From a virus (lineage: Duplodnaviria > Caudoviricetes), in IMG/VR virus record IMGVR_UViG_3300028196_000079, positions 1 through 25,393 of that record: a stretch of DNA of 25,393 nt. One strand, 5' to 3'. How positions within the stretch are numbered: position 1 is the stretch's first letter; each line of letters opens with the position of its first letter. The notes beneath the pieces are model-generated. The model did not search any database. It saw only the letters and a program-made list of their open reading frames with translations, and had not been told where the DNA came from. Both the position numbers and the translations under genes were made by a program. Shown in pieces: positions 1 through 8,992 of this stretch.

Positions 1-102
1 AGTGTATCTTTTGCTGCAGATTATTCATATACTGGAAGTGCAAATTATGGCCATTTAAAGGATATAACAGCAACACCAACTGTTAGTGTAGGAGCACCAT
101 AA
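1..102 (+). CDS. 3' end of an upstream gene (partial), possibly another virion structural or fibre protein
   Basis: Frame 1 is open from base 1 (SVSFAADYSYTGSANYGHLKDITATPTVSVGAP*). Its TAA at 100-102 overlaps the next ATG (TAATG), and GGAG at 91-94 serves as the RBS for the next gene. Confidence 0.6.
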   Translation, partial: SVSFAADYSYTGSANYGHLKDITATPTVSVGAP

Positions 103-2669
103 TGGCAATTAATTTTCCAGATAGCCCAACAAATGGTCAGGTGGCAACGATAGGTGGCAAGAATTACACATACAATTCTACAAAGAATACTTGGACTCCG
201 ACACAGGTAACAGAAGCAGACTTATCTACTGTAGGGTCTACAACAGTAGTTGCCACGCATGATTTATTACCATCATCCCCAAGTGCCGGTGACATGGCAT
301 TAGTATCTAGTGTTAATAAGATGTATGTTTATTTTTTAAGTGGGTGGTGGTTAATGTCATCACTACAAAATGCATCTCCTAGTGGTATCACTGGAAATGC
401 AGCAATATATGACTTGGCTGCGGATGGTACTCCAACAACAGTCACACTAAGTTCTTCTGACCCAGAAGGATTTCCAATTGTTTGGTCACATAGCGTCATC
501 TCAGGTTCGCTTGGGGGTACAACAGTAACTAATGTTAATAATGTATTTACTATTACACCAAGTACTACTGAAGCAGATGCAGGCACTTTTACTTTAAGGT
601 TTGCCGCATCTGATGGTCAAGGTGGTGAGTCTGGTTCACAATCTCAGTTTACATTAGATTTTGTATTTATAGTTACAAACAGTAGATATACTACTTTATT
701 AGCGACAGCAACTGGTACTTCAGACAACAATAACATAACTGATGCATCTTCAAATAACCATAGCATTACCGTAAACGGAGATGCTCACGCTGGCACATTT
801 AGTCCTTACAGACACGGGGGGTATTCTACTTATTTTGAAAACAATACCAGCTACTATAGAGCGACTTCAAGTTCCGATTTTGATATTGGTGGAACTGGAG
901 ACTGGTCATATGAAGTTTGGGTATATCCTACCGACTTATCAAACACATATCCTAGAGGATTTGGTTTGGGGCCGTACTATAGTGACCCAAAAAGCTTCGG
1001 TGTTCTTTTACAAGATCCAGATAATGGTGGTTATATTACAGTATATTGGTCTCCAAATACTAGACATTTAATATCATCTACAACTTTGCCGTTACACTCT
1101 TGGAGTCATATAATGGTATGTCGTTCTGGAAATGATATAGGTTTATTTTTTAATGGAACTAGAGTAGCACATAATAGTAATTATACGGCGTCAATTCCTA
1201 CCGGCAATACTTATTTATTTGCTGGTGCCACAGGAAATAACAATGAAGGGTTTTTAGGATATATTAAAGATGTTCGTTTTATAAATGGCTCACATCCTTA
1301 TGATGCGTCCTCTACATCATTTAATGTTCCTACAGAGGCTCTTGAAATAACATCAAACACTAAGTTTTTAGGTTCTTCTGGTCTTCCTTATGAAAAAGAT
1401 ATATCAACATCTGATCACACAATTACAGTAAACGGCAGCCCCTCTATAAAACCATTCTCACCCTACGACTATAATGAATACTCAGAAACTGACCACGGTG
1501 GTTCTGTGTATTTTGATGGTACGACTGATTATTTATTGATTAATAGTCCACCAACTTTAGGTGCTAATGATTGGACATTTGAGACATGGTATTATGCATC
1601 CAACCCTCTAACGTACAATGTCCTTTTAAGTCAAGGGCCAGGTAATAATACAATAGTATCCAATTTTTCAGTCTCAGTCACTGGTGAAATTTGGATTCAA
1701 ACATATACTACATCTAATGTTATATTATATAATACTGCCGCAGGAATAATTAATGGGGGTGTCTGGAATCATATCGTATTAACCCATGAATATGATGGAT
1801 CAAGTGGAGGTACTTATAAAATATATGTAAATGGGAATCAGGTTGGTAGTAATGTATCATATACCAGTGGTTATTATTGGAACTCAGGTGGTATTGCTGG
1901 CACTGCCTTAGCAATGGCACAATATAGATATAATACTCAAGCCAACGGCGAATGTTATTTCAGTGATTGGAAAATTTCAAACAGTGTCACTTATTCTTCT
2001 AACTTTACTCCACCAACTGCACCGCTATCTTCATCTGGTTCCGTATTACACATCAAAGGCACTGACGCTTCAATCATAGATAAATCGCAAGGCTCTAACC
2101 TAAAGCTGGTTGGTAATACTACTGGTTCAACTACTCAGACTAAGTTTAGCAACACTAAATCGATGTATTTTGATGGTACAGGAGATTATTTGAGCACACT
2201 GAGTAGTGATTTATTAAGAATGGGAACTGGTAATTTTACGGTAGAATGCTGGGTAAATAAGTCTATCGCAAACCACAAAGGAATTTGGCAAATATCATCA
2301 ACTGCGGGTGGATTACAGTCAACAAATTATGGTCAAACATTAGCATTAGGTTTTCAAACAGGTATTTGGCAAATTTATGCGGGTGGTGGATCTGCTGGAA
2401 TAAATGGCCCTAGTTTTTCATTATCAACTAATACTTGGTATCATACCGCCGTGGTTAGAAACAGCGGCACCACAAAACTATATATCGACGGCACAGAAGA
2501 AATTTCTATATCAGATTCGCATGATTATACTGGCACATATATGGTTATTGGTGGTTACTATAGTACTTCTTATTTACATCACGGCTATATCCAAGATTTG
2601 AGAGTCACCAAAGGTTTAGCAAGATATACTACAAACTTCACACCACCAACAGCTTCATTAGAAGGATAA
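102..2669 (+). CDS. Tail fibre/adhesin-like virion protein: MAINFP N-module, cadherin/Ig-like domain, three LamG (concanavalin A-like) domains
   Basis: 855-aa S/T/G/N-rich ORF. Ig/cadherin-like motif DPEGFPIVWS...FTITPS...AGTFTLRFAASDG. Three units with LamG hallmarks (WSYEVWVY / WTFETWYY / FTVECWVN; W.H....R.G; G(Y)I.D.R; NFTPPTA). Lies just upstream of the neck genes. Confidence 0.75.
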   Translation: MAINFPDSPTNGQVATIGGKNYTYNSTKNTWTPTQVTEADLSTVGSTTVVATHDLLPSSPSAGDMALVSSVNKMYVYFLSGWWLMSSLQNASPSGITGNAAIYDLAADGTPTTVTLSSSDPEGFPIVWSHSVISGSLGGTTVTNVNNVFTITPSTTEADAGTFTLRFAASDGQGGESGSQSQFTLDFVFIVTNSRYTTLLATATGTSDNNNITDASSNNHSITVNGDAHAGTFSPYRHGGYSTYFENNTSYYRATSSSDFDIGGTGDWSYEVWVYPTDLSNTYPRGFGLGPYYSDPKSFGVLLQDPDNGGYITVYWSPNTRHLISSTTLPLHSWSHIMVCRSGNDIGLFFNGTRVAHNSNYTASIPTGNTYLFAGATGNNNEGFLGYIKDVRFINGSHPYDASSTSFNVPTEALEITSNTKFLGSSGLPYEKDISTSDHTITVNGSPSIKPFSPYDYNEYSETDHGGSVYFDGTTDYLLINSPPTLGANDWTFETWYYASNPLTYNVLLSQGPGNNTIVSNFSVSVTGEIWIQTYTTSNVILYNTAAGIINGGVWNHIVLTHEYDGSSGGTYKIYVNGNQVGSNVSYTSGYYWNSGGIAGTALAMAQYRYNTQANGECYFSDWKISNSVTYSSNFTPPTAPLSSSGSVLHIKGTDASIIDKSQGSNLKLVGNTTGSTTQTKFSNTKSMYFDGTGDYLSTLSSDLLRMGTGNFTVECWVNKSIANHKGIWQISSTAGGLQSTNYGQTLALGFQTGIWQIYAGGGSAGINGPSFSLSTNTWYHTAVVRNSGTTKLYIDGTEEISISDSHDYTGTYMVIGGYYSTSYLHHGYIQDLRVTKGLARYTTNFTPPTASLEG
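667..732 (+). repeat. 66-bp perfect direct repeat, copy 1 (copy 2 at 4820..4885)
   Basis: TTATAGTTACAAACAGTAGATATACTACTTTATTAGCGACAGCAACTGGTACTTCAGACAACAATA is identical at both positions on base-by-base comparison. Confidence 0.9.
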
Positions 2670-2673
2670 TAGA

Positions 2674-4218
2674 ATGGCGATTAATTTTCCAGATAGTCCT
2701 ACAAATGGACAAGTATTTCAAAGTGGTAATATTAAATATACATACAATGCAACATCGGCTGTATGGAATTCTACAGACGCATCTACTATAGTTACTGCTG
2801 AAAGTACAATGACAATATCAGATACGGCACCATCAAATCCAGAAGTAGGAGCGATGTGGTTCGATTCGTCTATAGGAAAATCTTTTATATATTACAATGA
2901 TGGTAATTCAAGTCAATGGATTCAAATGAATCCAAACACACAATCGGGGCCCGCAGGAGCGGATGGTTCTTCTGTAACTGCTTACGCTAACACTGCCGCG
3001 TTTCCTTCTTCAGATAATACAGTCGGCGACTTTGCATTTGCTAGCGATACTAAATCTCTGTACATCTGGGATGGATCTGAATGGGATAGAGTTTATAATG
3101 GTTCTGACGAAACCTTAACTTGGTCTACAGAGCCTCCAGTTAATGTCTCTTTAATTCCCTCTGGCGCTGATCAAACTTTAATTATAGCGGCTACAGATCC
3201 AGATGGATTTCCTGTCTCTTATAGCGTAGATACTAATCCTAGCTCTATATCAGAAGCAACAATATCAGAAAACAATGGCACTTTTACTTTTACGCCGAGT
3301 ACCGATGCATCATTAATTGGGAATACGTTTTCTGCTAGATTTAAAGCTACTGATGGACTACACGTAATTAGCAAATCGTGTTCTTTCATATTAGGCGCGG
3401 TCGGTAGTCAAGGCAACCCTGCTACTAATATTGCGGCATTAAGATCTGCGGGTACTACAGCAGACGGTTTATATTACTTCGACAACTCTATATCAAACGG
3501 CTCTGTTTTTGCTGCGTACTGTAAGTTTAATTACATTGATGGAAATGATTGGTATTTACTTCTCAAAGTTCACAACCAAGGGGATATGCCTTCGGGAAGT
3601 GCTTTGTGGACTAACACTACATTGCAAAACGAAACTGATGCAAATTTAACTTCTGGAAATTATGCAAAATACGCCACTTGGAACAATATCGAGTTCACCA
3701 ATTTGCAAATGGAAATGCACCAAGACGGTACAGCCAAATATCCACCAACTATGCACTTTTCTACTGCAAGGACGTTTGCTGCGGCTATTACACTTGCTGG
3801 CGGTACGAATGCAGCGTCAAATGTAAATAATACAGTTGCCGCTGCTAGCACAACTCCATCATATACAACAAGTATGAGATACCACTATACAGGCTTTGAA
3901 AAAAATGGAAATACTTTTAACGATGCAAATGGAGGTGAAGATATCATAAACAATTATGGTATTGCGATGTGGGCGACAACTTCGACTAATTCTACTACAG
4001 CAGAAGGTTATTCTTCAGTTGGTAGAGCAGGTGCGTGGATTGGATGTCCGCTAGATGAGCAGGCTTACACGTTTGGTAATAATTCCGGCAACGCGGGCTC
4101 TGGTTTTGGTTTTGGTGCATCTGCTGGAAATCCGGCAAAAACAACGAGTGCTGGCTATGGCGAGTGGACAAGTTCAGCAAGTACAAATACATTGCCGGGC
4201 TATGTATGGATAAGGTAA
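2674..4218 (+). CDS. Tail fibre/adhesin-like virion protein: MAINFP N-module, Ig-like domain, C-terminal fibrinogen-like domain
   Basis: 514 aa. Same N-terminus as its neighbours (MAINFPDSPTNGQV), an extra APSNP..GAMWFD module, a short GPAGADG, and the Ig-like motif ATDPDGFPVSYS...FTFTPS. LRSAGTTADGLYYF...YCKFNYIDGNDWYLL resembles the fibrinogen-C/intelectin DG.Y...YCD....GGGWTL signature. Confidence 0.65.
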   Translation: MAINFPDSPTNGQVFQSGNIKYTYNATSAVWNSTDASTIVTAESTMTISDTAPSNPEVGAMWFDSSIGKSFIYYNDGNSSQWIQMNPNTQSGPAGADGSSVTAYANTAAFPSSDNTVGDFAFASDTKSLYIWDGSEWDRVYNGSDETLTWSTEPPVNVSLIPSGADQTLIIAATDPDGFPVSYSVDTNPSSISEATISENNGTFTFTPSTDASLIGNTFSARFKATDGLHVISKSCSFILGAVGSQGNPATNIAALRSAGTTADGLYYFDNSISNGSVFAAYCKFNYIDGNDWYLLLKVHNQGDMPSGSALWTNTTLQNETDANLTSGNYAKYATWNNIEFTNLQMEMHQDGTAKYPPTMHFSTARTFAAAITLAGGTNAASNVNNTVAAASTTPSYTTSMRYHYTGFEKNGNTFNDANGGEDIINNYGIAMWATTSTNSTTAEGYSSVGRAGAWIGCPLDEQAYTFGNNSGNAGSGFGFGASAGNPAKTTSAGYGEWTSSASTNTLPGYVWIR

Positions 4219-4263
4219 CATATTATGAGCAACGCATCTACAGTCCATTAGAGGAATAAAAAA

Positions 4264-6789
4264 ATGGCGATAAACTTCCCAAGTAATCCAACAAATTCAC
4301 AAGAAATAACAGAAGGTAATGTAACATATGTTTACAATGCCACAAAAGGTTATTGGGAAAGTTCCGAAGGTTCTTCTTCTGGTGCATCTACAACTGTATA
4401 TGCAGATATGACAGCATTAATTGCTGCAGCTGGAATGTCTAATGGAGATCAGGCATTTGTAACAGGGAACAACAATCTTTATATATATTCTGGTTCTGGT
4501 TGGTATAAAGTGGCTACTGTACAGCAGGATGCTCCTAGTGCAATCACTGGTGTCTCTGGCACTTATGAACTTGCAGTAGATGGTACGGCAACTACTATTA
4601 CAGCAGTTTCCACAGATCCAGAAGGATTTCCTTTAACATGGAGTTATTCTACAAGTGGACTTGGTAGTATCGCTACAATAAGTCAGGTAGATAATGTATT
4701 TACCGTTACACCTAGTACTACAATAGCAGATGCTGGTACATTTTCATTAACCATCAACGCAACTGATGGTATAAACGGCGCAGTAAGTACATCTACAAAC
4801 TTAACTCTAGAATTTATTATTATAGTTACAAACAGTAGATATACTACTTTATTAGCGACAGCAACTGGTACTTCAGACAACAATAGCATCACTGATGCAT
4901 CAACAAACAGTCATACTATAACTACAGCTGGTGATGCTCATGCTGGTACGTTTAGCCCTTATCGTATCGGAGGTTATTCTACCTACTTTGATGGTAGTGG
5001 AGATTATATTGACACAGGTTTAAATAATGTAGCGACTGACTTTACTTTTGAGTGTTGGGTCAATACTACAGTTGGCGGAATGTTAATGGCAAGATACCAG
5101 AGCGGATCGGCGCTAGATGGTTTTATCATTGATTCAACTAGCGGTTTCCCTGTTATTCAAATTAATACAAATGCTAATAATCTCAATGGAACCGTAAATT
5201 TAAAAGATGGTAAATGGCACCATTTAGCATTTGTAAGAGATAGTAATGTTTGTAAAATATTTGTAGACGGTATTTTAGATGTAAGTCAAACAGATTCAGA
5301 GGCTATGCAAGTAAACGCAAACTGGATAATAGGTAGACATGGAAATAATGCATCAGTTTACTATGGTGGATATATTAGAGATTTAAGATGGGCTGCGGGT
5401 ACTGTAAGATATACTAGTAATTTTACTCCACCCACAGAACCACTTACAACTTTATCTGGAGATAACCTTTTTACTTGTCATCTTCCTTATATTGTAGATG
5501 GGTCGTCAACACCTTATACAATGACAGCATATGGCAATGTAGCTACAAAACCATTTAGCCCATATGATTACATTAAATACTCTGCAACAGATCACGGTGG
5601 GTCTTTGCACTTTAACGGAACTAATTCTGCAGTAGAAATTGCAGACAATGATGATTTTGATTTCGGTACGGGCGATTTAACAATTGAATGTTGGGTATAT
5701 CCAGAAGTAACTGGAAATAATTATCCTGGCTTCTTAGGAACTACGGCGGGATGGGGTAGTGTTGCGGCTTCAGGTATGCGTTTTGATAATCTTGGAGATA
5801 GTAAATTTCAAATGTCTTGGTATGGCCCAGGCGATCCGTTCTTAGAAACTCAGTCAACGTATAAACATAATCAATGGTATCATTTTGTTGTTACGAGAAC
5901 AGGCGGCAGCACTTGGAGAATGTTTGTTAATGGTATCTTAGAGGATACTGGAACCAATAGTACGGCTTATGATATTTCTATTGGAGGTCACAATTTACAA
6001 GTTGGAGGAAAAACTTGGGATGGCGGAAATGGGTGGTTTAAAGGTAACGTAGCTGATCTAAGACTAACTAAAGGATCCGTAGTAACTGAATACCAAACAT
6101 CTAGTACAACAACTGGAACTCGGATATTTACTCCTAGAACTACACCGATTACTTCATCAGGATCAGAATTGCACATTAAAGGCACAGATGCTTCGATCAT
6201 AGATAAATCTCAAAGTTCTAATCTAAAACTTGTTGGTAACACTACTGGTTCAACCACTCAAGTTAAGTTTGCTGATACTAAGTCAATGTATTTTGATGGA
6301 ACTGGAGATTACATTGAAGGTCCGACTATAAGTGATTTAAATATTGGTACTGGCGATTTTACTGTAGAATGTTGGCTTTACGAAACTACTACCAACACTA
6401 ATATAGGTATATGGGATGGCCGAGCAAATGGAACTACCACAGATGGCTTTACTTTTACTAGAATTGGCACTGACACATTTAGAGTTTGGTCTGGTAGTGC
6501 TTTAATAACTACTGGCTCTTTTACTATTCAAAATACTTGGAATCATTGCGCCTTAGTAAGAAATAGTGGTACATTAACAATATACATAAACGGCACTTCT
6601 AGTGGCACACCTGTATCTAACTCTACTAATTTTAGTAGCTCTGGAACATTTATAATTGGCGCGGGGCGGCATAGTACTGGTTCAAATCCTACTGCTTTTA
6701 TCACTGGCTTTATTCAAGATTTAAGGGTAAACAATTATGCTCGTTACACCGCAAACTTTACACCACCAACAGCACCACTAGAAGGTTAA
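4264..6789 (+). CDS. Tail fibre/adhesin-like virion protein with three LamG domains; paralogue of 102..2669
   Basis: 841 aa, collinear with the 855-aa ORF. Shared blocks: IVTNSRYTTLLATATGTSDNN, KPFSPYDY..YS.TDHGGS, LHIKGTDASIIDKSQ.SNLKLVGNTTGSTTQ and NFTPPTA.LEG*. Confidence 0.75.
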   Translation: MAINFPSNPTNSQEITEGNVTYVYNATKGYWESSEGSSSGASTTVYADMTALIAAAGMSNGDQAFVTGNNNLYIYSGSGWYKVATVQQDAPSAITGVSGTYELAVDGTATTITAVSTDPEGFPLTWSYSTSGLGSIATISQVDNVFTVTPSTTIADAGTFSLTINATDGINGAVSTSTNLTLEFIIIVTNSRYTTLLATATGTSDNNSITDASTNSHTITTAGDAHAGTFSPYRIGGYSTYFDGSGDYIDTGLNNVATDFTFECWVNTTVGGMLMARYQSGSALDGFIIDSTSGFPVIQINTNANNLNGTVNLKDGKWHHLAFVRDSNVCKIFVDGILDVSQTDSEAMQVNANWIIGRHGNNASVYYGGYIRDLRWAAGTVRYTSNFTPPTEPLTTLSGDNLFTCHLPYIVDGSSTPYTMTAYGNVATKPFSPYDYIKYSATDHGGSLHFNGTNSAVEIADNDDFDFGTGDLTIECWVYPEVTGNNYPGFLGTTAGWGSVAASGMRFDNLGDSKFQMSWYGPGDPFLETQSTYKHNQWYHFVVTRTGGSTWRMFVNGILEDTGTNSTAYDISIGGHNLQVGGKTWDGGNGWFKGNVADLRLTKGSVVTEYQTSSTTTGTRIFTPRTTPITSSGSELHIKGTDASIIDKSQSSNLKLVGNTTGSTTQVKFADTKSMYFDGTGDYIEGPTISDLNIGTGDFTVECWLYETTTNTNIGIWDGRANGTTTDGFTFTRIGTDTFRVWSGSALITTGSFTIQNTWNHCALVRNSGTLTIYINGTSSGTPVSNSTNFSSSGTFIIGAGRHSTGSNPTAFITGFIQDLRVNNYARYTANFTPPTAPLEG
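4820..4885 (+). repeat. 66-bp perfect direct repeat, copy 2
   Basis: Identical to 667..732, offset 4153 bp. Confidence 0.9.
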
Positions 6790-6799
6790 CTTTTTAAAT

Positions 6800-6807
6800 T
6801 ATAAATA
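6800..6807 (+). promoter_or_regulatory. T4-type late promoter (gp55-dependent) for g13-g17
   Basis: Exact TATAAATA in the intergenic gap, 26 nt before the g13 ATG. Confidence 0.85.
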
Positions 6808-6833
6808 GTCATATAAAATAAGAGGTATGACTA
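6806..6833 (+). promoter_or_regulatory. Hairpin over the g13 translation initiation region
   Basis: TAGTCATA (6806-6813) pairs with TATGACTA (6826-6833). The 12-nt loop ends in the SD GAGG, and the 3' arm abuts the ATG at 6834. Confidence 0.55.
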
Positions 6834-7580
6834 ATGGCCACAGTAACATCTAGAACCGACTTCAAAGCTTATTGTCTCAGAAAGTTGGGTTCTCCTGTAA
6901 TTCAAATTAATGTAGCAGACGAGCAAGTTGAAGATAGAATTGATGATGCGCTAGAGTATTATCAAGACTATCATTATGATGCGGTTGAGGATACATATTT
7001 GGCTCATGAAATAACTCAAACAGATATGGATAACAAATATATAACTATCAGTAATAATATTATTGGTATCAAACAAGTTATTCCACTTTTTCACGCAGAT
7101 AATACTTCTGGTAATATGTTCGACATTAGATATCAATTATTTTTAAATGATGTGTATGACTTACAAAGTGCGGAAATGCTCACCTATCAATTGACACAAG
7201 ACCATTTACAGATGGTAAATGAAATAATTACTGGCAGAGTACCGATTAGGTATAATAGGCATGTCAATAAACTTCACTTAGATATCGATTGGGGCGAGGC
7301 GTTGAGTGTTGGAGAAAATATTATCATAGAAGTCACTAGAGTCATAAATCCAGACACATATACGGATGTGTGGAATGATAGATGGTTGAAGAGATATGCA
7401 ACGGCCCTAGTTAAAAAACAGTGGGGTGAAAATTTAACAAAATATGAGGGCGTAGAATTGCCTGGCGGTATCACTTTTAATGGTGGTAGAATTTTAGATG
7501 AGGCAAATGCGGAAATCGAAAAATTAGAAGAAGAAATGTCACTGTCATATGAACTTCCAGTAGATATCATGATTGGATAA
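6834..7580 (+). CDS. g13: Neck protein gp13
   Basis: YCLRKLGSPVIQINVADEQVEDRIDDAL and WLKRYATALVKKQWGENLTKYEGVELPGGITFNG are characteristic of T4-like gp13. First gene of the g13-g23 block. Confidence 0.93.
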   Translation: MATVTSRTDFKAYCLRKLGSPVIQINVADEQVEDRIDDALEYYQDYHYDAVEDTYLAHEITQTDMDNKYITISNNIIGIKQVIPLFHADNTSGNMFDIRYQLFLNDVYDLQSAEMLTYQLTQDHLQMVNEIITGRVPIRYNRHVNKLHLDIDWGEALSVGENIIIEVTRVINPDTYTDVWNDRWLKRYATALVKKQWGENLTKYEGVELPGGITFNGGRILDEANAEIEKLEEEMSLSYELPVDIMIG

Positions 7581-7583
7581 TCG

Positions 7584-8228
7584 ATGGCTACTAATCCATA
7601 CATAAATACTATAAATTTTGCACCAGAACAAGATTTGATCGGAAATCTTGTAATAGAATCTATCCAGATGCATGGTCAGGATTTTATATATGTTCCTAGA
7701 GAAATTATAAGTGAAGACACAATATTTAACGAAGACAATCTTAGTTCATTCACAGAAACACATACTATAGAGATGCATATCGAAAGTGTTAATGGGTTTG
7801 AAGGTGAAGGAGATATGCTTTCTAAATTTGGTTTAGAAGTCAGAGATCAAGTTGTCACGATGGTATCTATATCAAGATTTCTCACAGTAACTGGAAAAGA
7901 ACGCCCATTGGTCGGTGATTTGCTTTATTTTCCAATCACGGATAAAGTATTCGAAATAAAATTTGTCGAAGATGAAGTACCATTCTTCCAGCTAGGAAAG
8001 ATGCATGTATATCAAATCACCTCTGAATTATTCTCATGGTCACATGAAACAGTTAATACTGGAATAACAGAAATTGATAATAACTTTACCACATCATCTC
8101 CAGCAGTTGAAGATCCAACAATAGATAATGCTCCAGATCCAGATAGTGGACTAGTTCCATTGTCTCCAACAACAGTTGACGGTGTAATAGATTTCACTAA
8201 AACAAATCCATTCAGTGAGGATTATTGA
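7584..8228 (+). CDS. g14: Neck protein gp14
   Basis: EQDLI..LVIESIQMHG.D..YVPR, GFEGEGDMLSKFGL, RPLVGDLLYFP, FEIKFVE...PFFQLGK and C-terminal NPF; synteny. Confidence 0.93.
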   Translation: MATNPYINTINFAPEQDLIGNLVIESIQMHGQDFIYVPREIISEDTIFNEDNLSSFTETHTIEMHIESVNGFEGEGDMLSKFGLEVRDQVVTMVSISRFLTVTGKERPLVGDLLYFPITDKVFEIKFVEDEVPFFQLGKMHVYQITSELFSWSHETVNTGITEIDNNFTTSSPAVEDPTIDNAPDPDSGLVPLSPTTVDGVIDFTKTNPFSEDY

Positions 8229-8992
8229 TGTTAGGAAATGCATATTTTTACAGAAACACAATCAGAAATTATGTAATTGCATTTGGTTCTATGTTTAATG
8301 ACATAGATATCAAAAAGACAGATGCAAACGATAATGTTTTGTCTGTAATTAGAGTGCCGGTTGCTTATGGCCCTACAGAAAAATATCTATCAAGAATTAA
8401 CAAAGTTACAACGGCAGGCGAGCCTGCTATTGTTTTACCTAGAATGAGTTTTGAAATTTCTGGGTTTAATTATGCTGCAGATCGAAAGCTTCCCAAAACT
8501 CAGAAAATGCATAAACAAAATACAACAGACACGGATAAAAAGAATGTAGTATACAATCCTGTGCCATATGATATTGGATTTAGTTTGTCTATTATGACTA
8601 AAAACGCAGACGATTCGATGCAGATTATAGAACAAATTTTACCATATTTCACCCCAACCTTTATGATACCAATCAAAGAGGCAAATGAATTAGGAGTGGT
8701 TAGAGATACCGCATTATCATTGGAGTCGGTTGACTATTCAGATGATTATGAGGGAGACTATACCTCTAGAAGAGCATTAATTTGGACTTTACAATTTAAT
8801 ATGGCTGGACATTTATATGGACTGCCACGAGAACAGAAGTTAATCAGAACCGCTGTAACCAATGTCAAAGACTTAGAAGTTGAAACACAGCAATTCACAA
8901 AAAATACAATTACTACAAATCCTTCTGATGCATTAGCAACAGACAATTTTAGTTTCATCAACACTTTTGATGAAAATTTTGGAGATGAATAA
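8228..8992 (+). CDS. g15: Tail sheath stabiliser / tail terminator gp15
   Basis: FY..TIRNYVIAFGSMFNDI, VPVAYGP.EKYL, LPRMSFE, PVPYDI.F.L and QIIEQILPYF.P. Start placed at ATG 8228 (TGATG overlap, GAGG at 8217-8220) rather than TTG 8225. Confidence 0.93.
   Translation: MLGNAYFYRNTIRNYVIAFGSMFNDIDIKKTDANDNVLSVIRVPVAYGPTEKYLSRINKVTTAGEPAIVLPRMSFEISGFNYAADRKLPKTQKMHKQNTTDTDKKNVVYNPVPYDIGFSLSIMTKNADDSMQIIEQILPYFTPTFMIPIKEANELGVVRDTALSLESVDYSDDYEGDYTSRRALIWTLQFNMAGHLYGLPREQKLIRTAVTNVKDLEVETQQFTKNTITTNPSDALATDNFSFINTFDENFGDE

Noticed and set aside
102-6789. Diversity-generating retroelement or invertase-type shufflon acting on the adhesin genes
   Set aside because: There is no reverse transcriptase or recombinase in the window. 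The repeats are direct, and the 66-bp pair has no adenine-specific mismatches as a TR/VR pair would.
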